Shown: one piece after another, positions 10,645-19,197 of the stretch | How the letters are laid out: the number at the start of each line of letters is the position of its first letter | Position numbering within the stretch: the stretch's first letter is position 1 | DNA from: Mobula hypostoma | Lineage: Eukaryota | Direction: 5' to 3' | NCBI RefSeq assembly: GCF_963921235.1 | Contig: NC_086107.1 | Location: 108,316,001-108,380,000, forward strand | Length of the DNA stretch: 64,000 nucleotides | The notes under the pieces: model-generated | Databases searched by the model: none | What the model saw: only the letters and a program-made list of their open reading frames with translations | What the model was told of the DNA's origin: nothing | Translations under genes and position numbers: made by a program

Positions 10645-11376
10645 GGTTGTACACTCACGAAAGGGCACAGTTTTAAGGTGCTTGGAAGTAGGTACAGAGG
10701 AGATGTCAGGGGTAAGTTTTTTTACACAGAGAGTAGTGAGTGCGTGGAATGGGCTGCCAGCGACAGTGGTGGAGGCAGATACGATAGGGTCTTTTAAGAG
10801 GCTCCTGGATAGGTACATGGAGCTTAGAAAAATAGAGGACTATGGGTAAGCGCTTGACAGAGGATGGTGCTCAGTATCGGAGGGCTGGTTGGAGGCTCCA
10901 AGTTTTTGGACGGACTCAAGTGTCAGCTGTGGTCAGGTGCTTCTAGGGTGCTGCATCAGCAAATTTGCAGTGCTGGAAGCTCATGGCAGGGAGAGTTTCT
11001 CCCTTCTACCGTCTGCGTGAGATGATGGGACTTTCGAGAGACTTTGAGACTTTTTTTTACCGTGCCCATGGTCTGTTCTTTATCAAATTATGGTATTGCT
11101 TTGCACTGTTGTAACTATATGTTATAATTACATGGTTTTTGTCAGATTTTTAGTCTTGGTTTGTCTTGTGTTTCTGCGATATCATTCTGGAGGAACATTG
11201 TATCATTTCTTAATGCATGCATTACTAAATGACAATAAAAGAGGACTGCGTGTCCTCATAATCTAATCTAATCTAATCCAATCTAACCCTAGGTAATTTC
11301 TAAGGTAAGGACATGTTCGGCACAGCTTTGTGGGCCGAAGGCCTGTATTGTGCTGTAGGTTTTCTATGTTTCTATA
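10645..11376 (+). mobile_element. CR1 3'-end fragment split by an insertion
   Basis: SFFTQRVVSAWNGLP...SFKRLLDRYM ends at 10849. The 3' UTR resumes CCCTAGGTAATTTCTAAGG at ~11287 and ends TTTCTATGTTTCTATA. Confidence 0.8.
10850..11286 (+). mobile_element. Non-coding retroelement 3' fragment with an (AATCT)n tail, family unassigned
   Basis: AATAAA at ~11234 followed by ATAATCTAATCTAATCTAATCCAATCTAA; interrupts an otherwise continuous CR1 3' UTR. Confidence 0.65.
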
Positions 11377-11494
11377 TACAACTGGCCTCGGTGAGTTTTG
11401 CACTTTCCTGTGTCAGGGTGTCTTTGCTTGTAGTGTCCTGGAGCCAATCAGCATTAGATGAAACAAAGAGGGAGCCAGTTCAATGTACACTCAC

Positions 11495-11654
11495 AGGGTC
11501 AGGTTCTCTTCCAAGAAGCAGCGGTTACGCAGGAGTCCAGCCCACAGCTGCACGCCGATGATTCCAAAGATGAAAAAGACAAAGAAGCAGAGTAGAAGGA
11601 CGTTTCCAAGCATCGGGAGAGTGTCCAGCAGCAGGTTGACCAGGATCCTCATAC
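11495..11654 (-). CDS. CACNA1I: Internal coding exon (160 bp) of the same channel; domain I S4-S5 linker and S5
   Basis: Not in the ORF track in this frame. Manual translation: (S)[52 protein letters not shown](L). Acceptor tctctctcttcccttgctgcgtacag|GT, donor ACC CT|gtgagt. The split codon CT+G (Leu) joins the exon starting at 2015. Confidence 0.96.
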
Positions 11655-11710
11655 CTGTACGCAGCAAGGGAAGAGAGAGAGACTCCGTTAGCTGAGGGAC
11701 AAAAACACCA

Positions 11711-12000
11711 GGGATTCAGCAGATGCTGGAAATCCAGAGCAACACACACAAAGCTCAGCAGGTTAGGTAGTATCTATGGAGAAGGATGAACAGTCACCAT
11801 TTTGGACCAAGACCCTTTATCGGGACTGGAGGGGAAGGGGGAAGAAAGGGAAAGGAGCCAGAATAAGAAGGTGGGGGAGGGGGAAAGGTGATAGGTTAAC
11901 TGAGAGGTGGAGAAAGGTAGGTCATTGGGGGGGGCGGGGAATGAAGTTGAGAAGTGATAGGCAGAAGAGGTAAAGGGCTGGAGAAGAAGGAATCTGTTAG
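11711..12000 (-). mobile_element. Decayed Penelope-related terminal fragment with a degenerate hammerhead motif
   Basis: GCAGATGCTGGAAATCCAGAGCAACACACACA... matches the Penelope terminus at 16798-16830; hammerhead remnant at 11792-11827. Confidence 0.7.
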
Positions 12001-12175
12001 GTGAGATTCCTTCCACACTCATTCCTTCCTCAAATCTTGACATGTCCCCTCAATCTTTACACAACCCTCTCATCCCTTGCTCCTCTCTCCCACTCGCCCC
12101 TCATTCCACTCATTCCCTTCCCTTCCCTCTCAGGTTCTGCATTATGCTGGCAAATCCCACTTTCTGCCCAGAGGA

Positions 12176-12452
12176 CCACAAGCAAAATGCTAGAGGAACT
12201 CAGCAGGTCAGGCAGCAGATATGGAGAGCAATAAACATTCACTATCTGGGCGGAGACACATCATTAGGACTAGGAGGTAAAGGGGGAAGAAGCCAGAACA
12301 TTTCCCTCTTCCCCCTTACTTTCCAATCCTGATGTAAGGTCTTGGCCTGAAATGTCGACTATTTATTCTTCTCCATAGATGCTGCCTGACCTGCTGGGCT
12401 CCCCCAGCATTTTGTGTATGTTGCTCTGGATTTCTAGCATCTGCAGAATCTC
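12176..12452. mobile_element. Miniature palindromic Penelope-related element (two inverted termini)
   Basis: The left arm CAAAATGCTAGAGGAACTCAGCAGGTCAGGCAGCAGATATGGAGAG is the reverse complement of the right arm CTCCATAGATGCTGCCTGACCTGCTGGGCTCCCCCAGCATTTTG; centre near 12300. Confidence 0.7.
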
Positions 12453-12469
12453 CGGTCCTTTAGCCTTGT

Positions 12470-12840
12470 ACTCCCTAATTTCCTTCCTCACTCTCTGCAT
12501 CATTCCCTTATGCACTACCAATTCCTCACACCCTCCATTCCCGCATTCAGACCTGGAGGCCTCCATCCTGCATCCATCCCTCGTGCTCTCCCTTCAAATA
12601 TCTTTCCTCTACTTCCCTCCCTCCACTGAACTGTTCCTTTATTTCCCCTACACATCTCCATTCCTTGCATCAACCCTCCTTTGCAACTTTCCTTCCTGCC
12701 TCTTGTTCCTTCTTCATCACCCTTCATCAATATTGCACTCTTCCTTCATCTACCCTTCCCTCCCATCCCTCCTCCCTCACTCATCTTCTCCTCCTCTTTC
12801 TACTCCCCCTTGATGCACTCACTCCTCCTTCTCTCCGTCA
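12470..12840. repeat. CT-rich low-complexity tract
   Basis: Pyrimidine-rich sequence without a clear period, directly before the satellite. Confidence 0.7.
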
Positions 12841-12849
12841 CCCATCCCC

Positions 12850-14982
12850 AAAAACCTCACACACTGTACCCCAAAACCCTCACACACTGTACCCCCAAAC
12901 CCTCACACACTGTACCCCAATGCCCTCACACAATGTACTCCAAAACCCTCACACACTGTACCCCAAAACCCTCACACACTGTACCCCTATACCCTCACAC
13001 ACTGCACCTCAATACCCTCACACACTACCCCAATACCCTCACACACTCTGTACCCCAGTGCCCTCACACACTGTATCCCAATACCCTCACACACTCTGTA
13101 CCCCAGTGCCCTCACACACTGTATCCCAATACCCTCACACACTGAACCTCAATACCCTCACACACTGTATCCCAATACCCACATACACACTGTACCCCAA
13201 TACCCTCAGACACTGTACCCCAATACCCTCACTCTCTGTACCCCAGTACCCTCATACACACTGTACCCCAATTCCCTCACACACTGTACCCTAATACCCT
13301 CATACACCCTGTACCCTGATGTCCTCACACACTGTACACCAATACCCTCAGACACTGTACACCAATACCCTCACTCACTGTACCCCAGTACCCTTATACA
13401 CACTGTACCCCAATTCCCTCATCACTGTACCCTAACACCCTCATACACTCTGTACTCCGATGCCCTCACACACTGTACTCCAATACCCTCACACACACTG
13501 TACCCCAATACCCTCACACACTGTATCCCAATACCCACACACACTGTGCCCTAATGCCCTCACACACTGTACCCCAATACCCTCACTCACTGTACCCCTA
13601 TACCCTCACACTGTACTCCAATACCCTCACACACACTGTATCCCAATACCCTCACACACTGCACCTCAATACCATCACACACTGTACCCCTATACCCTCA
13701 CACACTGCACCCCAATACCCTCACACACTCTGTACCCCAGTGCCCTCACACACTGTATCCCAATACCCTCACACACTGAACCTCAATACCCTCACACACT
13801 GTATCCCAATACCCACATACACACCGTATCCCAATACCCTCAGACACTGTACCTCAATACCCTCACTCATTGTACCCCAGTACCCTCATACACACTGTTC
13901 CCCAATGCCCTCATACACTGTACACCAATGCCCTCACTCACTGTACCCCAGTACCCTCATACACACTGTACCCCAATTCCCTCATCACTGTACCCTAACA
14001 CCCTCATACACTCTGTACTCCGATGTCCTCACACACTGTACTCCAATACCCTCGCACACACTGTACCCCAATACCCTCACACACTGTATCCCAATACCCA
14101 CACACACTGTGCCCTAATGCCCTCACACACTGTACCCCAATACCCTCACTCACTGTACCCCTATACCCTCACACTGTACCCCAATACTCTCACACACACT
14201 GTATCCCAATACCCTCACACACTGCACCTCAATACCCTCACACACTGTACCCCAATACCCTCACACACTCTGTCCCCAGTGCCTCACACACTGTATCCCA
14301 ATACCCACACACATACTGTACACAAATACCCTCAGACACTGTACCCCAATACCCTCATACACACTGTTCCCCAATGCCCTCATATACTGTACACCAATGC
14401 CCTCACACACTGTACCCCAATACCCTCACACACTGAACCTCAATACCCTCACACACTGTATCCCAATACCCACATACACACTGTACCCCAATACCCTCAG
14501 ACACTGTACCCCAATACCCTCACTCACTGTACTCCAGTACCCTCATACATACTGTTCCCCAATGCCCTCATACACTGTACACCAATGCCCTCACACACTG
14601 CACCTCAATACCCTCACACACTGTACCCCAACACCTTCACACACTCTGTCCCCAGTGCCCTCACATACTGTATCCCAATACCCACACACACTGCACCTCA
14701 ATACCCTCACACACTGTACCCCTATACCCTCACACACTGCACCTCAATACCCTCACACACTGTACCCCAATACCTTCACACACTCTGTCCCCAGTGCCCT
14801 CACATACTGTATCCCAATACCCACACACACTGTACACAAATACCCTCATACACTGTACACCAATGCCCTCACACACTGTACCCCAATGCCCTCACACACT
14901 GTACCCCAATACCCTCACACAGACTGTACCCCAATGCCCTTATGCACTGTACCTCAATACTCTTATACAGACTGTACCCCGC
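12850..14982. repeat. Minisatellite, 23-bp unit CCCTCACACACTGTACCCCAATA (21- and 25-bp variants)
   Basis: Unit read directly; internal block duplication with a 563-bp offset (13441 vs 14004). Confidence 0.95.
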
Positions 14983-15790
14983 TACCCTCCGTAGCTCACT
15001 GTTTCTCTTCAACCCCCTCCCCTCTGTTGGGTACAATAAGCTTTCCTCTGCCCACCCAACATACCCTATACACCTCTTGACTCCTCTCCTCTGGCGCTGT
15101 TGGGATGGCACTAGGCAATCAGCTGGGGGAAAAAATTGTACACTAGGAGTCAGGATAGGTGAGGAGGGGAACGCGTATGATTCATCGAAAACAGTAATTA
15201 AGAAAATAAATTAGTTCTGTGGAAATTGAAAGTTAACCAATCAAAGATAATGGTGTTTCATGTTAGAACAGGTTAAAGTAATTAGGTTGACGATTATGAA
15301 TGGCGCGCACAAAGACTTGGGAATGCATCTATATAACATGAATGAGGTTTACAATTCCCTTAATGAAGATATAATCTATTAGTGATCCCCCGCCAATTCA
15401 TCCTCTGGCTTCTAAACACTTTGCTGCAGTTTTAGTTCCATTAAGGTAACACAATGCATTAAACCAACACAGATTCTAGCTCAGTACGGTCGCTGGCTTC
15501 TGATCCAGTGGGGAGAAATATCGGTACCGTTGGAAGGACACCCCCTCCTGCTCATTGACAAACCCCATCATAGGAGTCCCATCACAGAGGGAGATCCTGG
15601 ACCGTATGGCATTCAACCATTCCACTAAATGCAAGTGGAAGGAATTGTGATTCAAAGCTTCAATAACAGGCTGAGAAAATTGCAAAGAGATTGATTCAAC
15701 TGTTTGTAATCCATACAAGAGATTGTTAAGACAATGGGAAATGCAGCACAGATTCACAAAACGTGACTGGGTTTCACAATAAGGTCAACC
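14983..15790. other. Non-repetitive island inside the satellite, identity unknown
   Basis: Abrupt switch to complex, AT-richer sequence; similar ATACAGACTGTACCCC unit variants on both sides. Confidence 0.8.
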
Positions 15791-16762
15791 ACACAGACAC
15801 TGTACACCAATACTCTCAAACAGACCATACACCAATATCCTCACACACTGTACCCCAAAACCCTCACACACTGTACCCCAATACTCTCATACAGACTGTA
15901 CCCCAATATGCTCACACATACTGTACCCCAATACCCTCACACACTGTACACCAATACCCTCACACACTGTACACCAATACCCCACACATTTTATCATAAT
16001 ATTCTCACACACTGTACCTCAATAACTCACACACACTGTAACCCAATATGCTCACACACACTGTACCCCAATACCCTCACACACTGTACCCCAATACTCT
16101 CATACAGACTGTACCCCAATACACACACACTGAACACCAAAACCCTCACATACTGTACACCAATACCCTCACACAAACACTATACACCAATACCCTCTTA
16201 GACTCTACACCAATACCCTTACACACTGTACCCCAATACTCTTGCACAATGCACTCCAAAACACAAATAACACTCACACTGTACCCTAACACTCCAATTC
16301 TATCTCACACTGAACCCCAATACTACCTGTCCTCCAACTCTCTTTACCCCAAAACCTTCAGCATTCACACGCTGCACACCAATACCTCCCACACTCACTT
16401 ACACTGTACCCCCAAACCTTCCACATTCACACACTGTACCCCCAAACCTCCCACACTCACACACACTGTACCCCAACACCTCCAGCATTCACACAGTACC
16501 TCAAAACCTCCCACACTCACACACACTGTATCCCAATAGCAACACATGCACACATACTGTCCCCCAACACCAGCAGCTCATACACTGTAGCCCAACACTT
16601 CCCGTCCTCTATCACTCTATACCCCAAAACCTCCTGCCTTCACATACACTGCACCCCAATGCCTCCAGTCCATTCTCACACTGTACCTCAACACATCCCA
16701 CCCTCACACTCACACACACAGCTCTATAAGTCCACCCACTCTGACACATACTGAAAACCAAC
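15791..16762. repeat. Continuation of the satellite: 23/25-bp units grading into degenerate 30-32-bp units
   Basis: 23-bp units to ~16240, then units such as ACACTGTACCCCCAAACCTCCCACACTCAC (30 bp). Confidence 0.85.
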
Positions 16763-16879
16763 ATGACCCATTGTCAACAACAAACAACAGGAATTCTGCA
16801 GATGCTGGAAATTCAAGCAACATACATCAAAGTTGCTGGTGAACGCAGCAGGCCAGGCAGCATCTATAGGAAGAGGCGC

Positions 16880-16915
16880 AGTCGACGTTTCAGGCCGAGA
16901 CCCTTCGTCAGGACT
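16880..16915 (-). ncRNA. Minimal type I hammerhead ribozyme motif (left arm, sense to the channel pre-mRNA)
   Basis: Minus strand AGUC-CUGACGA-AGGGUCUCGGCCU-GAAAC-GUC-GACU: stem I AGUC/GACU, intact CUGANGA and GAAA boxes, GUC cleavage triplet. Confidence 0.8.
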
Positions 16916-17207
16916 AACTGAAGGAAGAGTTAGTAAGAGATTTGAAAGCTGGAGGGGGAGGGGGAGATGCAAAATGATAGGAGAAGACAGGAGGGGGAGG
17001 GATGGAGCCGAGAGCTGGACAGGTGATAGGCAGAAGGGGATACGAGAGGATCATGGGAGAGGAGGTCCGGGAAGAAAGACGGGGGGGGGTGACCCAGAGG
17101 ATGGGCAAGAGGTATATTCAGAGGGACAGAGGGAGAAAAAGGAGAGTGAGAGAAAGAATGTGTGCATTAAAAAGAGTAACAGATGGGGTACGAGGGGGAG
17201 GTGGGGC

Positions 17208-18161
17208 CTAGCGGAAGTTAGAGAAGTCAATGTTCATGCCATCAGGTTGGAGGCTACCCAGACGGAATATAAGGTGTTGTTCCTCCAACCTGAGTGTGGC
17301 TTCATCTTTACAGTAGAGGAGGCCGTGGATAGACATGTCAGAATGGGAATGGGATGTGGAATTAAAATGTGTGGCCACTGGGAGATCCTGCTTTCTCTGG
17401 CGGACAGAGCGTAGATGTTCAGCAAAGCGGTCTCCCAGTCTGCGTCGGGTCTCACCAATATATAAAAGGCCACATCGGGAGCACCGGATGCAGTATATCA
17501 CCCCAGTCGACTCACAGGTGAAGTGATGCCTCACCTGGAAGGACTGTTTGGGGCCCTGAATGGTGGTAAGGGAGGAAGTGTAAGGGCATGTGTAGCACTT
17601 GTTCCGCTTACACGGATAAGTGCCAGGAGGGAGATCAGTGGGGAGGGATGGGGGGGACGAATGGACAAGGGAGTTGTGTAGGGAGCGATCCCTGCGGAAT
17701 GCAGAGAGAGGCGGGGAGGGAAAGATATGCTTAGTGGTGGGATCCCGTTGGAGGTGGCGGAAGTTACGGAGAATAATATGTTGGACCCGGAGGCTGGTGG
17801 GGTGGTAGGTGAGGACCAGGGGAACCCTATTCCTAGTGGGGTGGTGGGAGGATGGAGTGAGAGCAGATGTACGTGAAATGGGGGAGATGCGTTTAAGAGC
17901 AGAGTTGATAGTGGAGGAAGGGAAGCCCCTTTCTTTAAAAAATGAAGACATCTCCCTCGTCCTAGAATGAAAAGCCTCATCCTGAGAGCAGATGCGGCGG
18001 AGACGGAGGAATTGCGAGAAGGGGATGGCGTTTTTGCAAGAGACAGGGTGAGAAGAGGAATAGTCCAGATAGTTGTGAGAGTCAGTAGGCTTATAGTAGA
18101 CATCAGTGGATAAGCTGTCTCCAGAGACAGAGACAGAAAGATCTAGAAAGGGGAGGGAGGT
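17208..18161 (-). CDS. Truncated Penelope ORF: RT C-terminus/thumb, Cys-rich linker, GIY-YIG endonuclease
   Basis: The frame is open from the junction: TSLPFLDLSV...DVYYKPTDSHNYLDYSSSHP...IPFSQFLRLRRICS...PCKRNKCYTC...GVIYCIRCSRCGLLYIGET.R.L..RF.EH...HF...E......LGSLQPDGMN. It lacks its own start and the RT catalytic core. Confidence 0.88.
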   Translation of the reverse strand, partial: TSLPFLDLSVSVSGDSLSTDVYYKPTDSHNYLDYSSSHPVSCKNAIPFSQFLRLRRICSQDEAFHSRTREMSSFFKERGFPSSTINSALKRISPISRTSALTPSSHHPTRNRVPLVLTYHPTSLRVQHIILRNFRHLQRDPTTKHIFPSPPLSAFRRDRSLHNSLVHSSPPSLPTDLPPGTYPCKRNKCYTCPYTSSLTTIQGPKQSFQVRHHFTCESTGVIYCIRCSRCGLLYIGETRRRLGDRFAEHLRSVRQRKQDLPVATHFNSTSHSHSDMSIHGLLYCKDEATLRLEEQHLIFRLGSLQPDGMNIDFSNFR

Positions 18162-18163
18162 GC

Positions 18164-18799
18164 CACCCCACTAGGAATAGGGTTCTCCTGGTCCTCACCT
18201 ACCACCCCACCAGCCTCCGGGTCCAACATATTATTCTCCATAACTTCCGCCACCTCCAACGGGATCCCACCACTAAGCATATCTTTCCCTCCCCGCCTCT
18301 CTCTGCATTCCGCAGGGATCGCTCCCTACACAACTCCCTTGTCCATTCGTCCCCCCCATCCCTCCCCACTGATCTCCCTCCTGGCACTTATCCGTGTAAG
18401 CGGAACAAGTGCTACACATGCCCTTACACTTCCTCCCTTACCACCATTCAGGGCCCCAAACAGTCCTTCCAGGTGAGGCATCACTTCACCTGTGAGTCGA
18501 CTGGGGTGATATACTGCGTCCGGTGCTCCCGATGTGGCCTTTTATATATTGGTGAGACCCGACGCAGACTGGGAGACCGCTTTGCTGAACATCTACGCTC
18601 TGTCCGCCAGAGAAAGCAGGATCTCCCAGTGGCCACACATTTTAATTCCACATCCCATTCCCATTCTGACATGTCTATCCACGGCCTCCTCTACTGTAAA
18701 GATGAAGCCACACTCAGGTTGGAGGAACAACACCTTATATTCCGTCTGGGTAGCCTCCAACCTGATGGCATGAACATTGACTTCTCTAACTTCCGCTAG
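18164..18799 (+). CDS. Second, shorter copy of the Penelope linker and GIY-YIG coding region (inverted arm)
   Basis: HPTRNRVLLVLTYHP...GVIYCVRCSRCGLLYIGET...DGMNIDFSNFR*; differs from the left arm at only a few codons. Confidence 0.85.
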   Translation, partial: HPTRNRVLLVLTYHPTSLRVQHIILHNFRHLQRDPTTKHIFPSPPLSAFRRDRSLHNSLVHSSPPSLPTDLPPGTYPCKRNKCYTCPYTSSLTTIQGPKQSFQVRHHFTCESTGVIYCVRCSRCGLLYIGETRRRLGDRFAEHLRSVRQRKQDLPVATHFNSTSHSHSDMSIHGLLYCKDEATLRLEEQHLIFRLGSLQPDGMNIDFSNFR

Positions 18800-19091
18800 G
18801 CCCCACCTCCCCCTCGTACCCCGTCTGTTACTCTTTTTTAATGCACACATTCTTTCTCTCACTCTCCTTTTTCTCCCTCTGTCCCTCTGAATATACCTCT
18901 TGCCCATCCTCTGGGTCACCCCACCCGTCTTTCTTCCCGGACCTCCTGTCCCATGATCCTCTCGTATCCCCTTCTGCCTACCACCTGTCTAGCTCTCGGC
19001 TCCATCCCTCCCCCTCCTGTCTTCTCCTATCATTTTGCATCTCCCCCTCCCCCTCCAGCTTTCAAATCCCTTACTGACTCTTCCTTCAGTT

Positions 19092-19127
19092 AGTCCTGAC
19101 GAAGGGTCTCGGCCTGAAACGTCGACT
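19092..19127 (+). ncRNA. Minimal type I hammerhead ribozyme motif (right arm)
   Basis: AGTC CTGACGA AGGGTCTCGGCCT GAAAC GTC GACT; predicted cleavage after C19123. Confidence 0.8.
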
Positions 19128-19197
19128 GCGCCTCTTCCTATAGATGCTGCCTGGCCTGCTGCGTTCACCAGCAACTTTGATGTATGACCCATTGTCA

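Larger units (their letters stand above)
2016..11494 (-). other. CACNA1I: GT-AG intron (~9.5 kb) between the two visible exons
   Basis: Canonical donor and acceptor with matching phase 2; filled with retroelement fragments. Confidence 0.9.
16777..19186. mobile_element. Penelope-like retroelement (Neptune-type), 5'-truncated, inverted-repeat arrangement
   Basis: Minus arm 16777-18161, plus arm 18163-19186; 16821-17844 and 18163-19186 are near-identical reverse complements. Flanking duplication ATGACCCATTGTCA at 16763-16776 and 19184-19197. Confidence 0.93.

Noticed and set aside
12665..16539. PHTLYP-type ORFs and the minus-strand G/V/C/W-rich ORFs
   Set aside because: These are translations of the 23-bp and 32-bp repeats.
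16777..19186. DNA transposon with long TIRs, or a host GIY-YIG nuclease gene
   Set aside because: The arms themselves encode Penelope RT-thumb/GIY-YIG sequence, are 5'-truncated and carry hammerhead motifs; there is no transposase.
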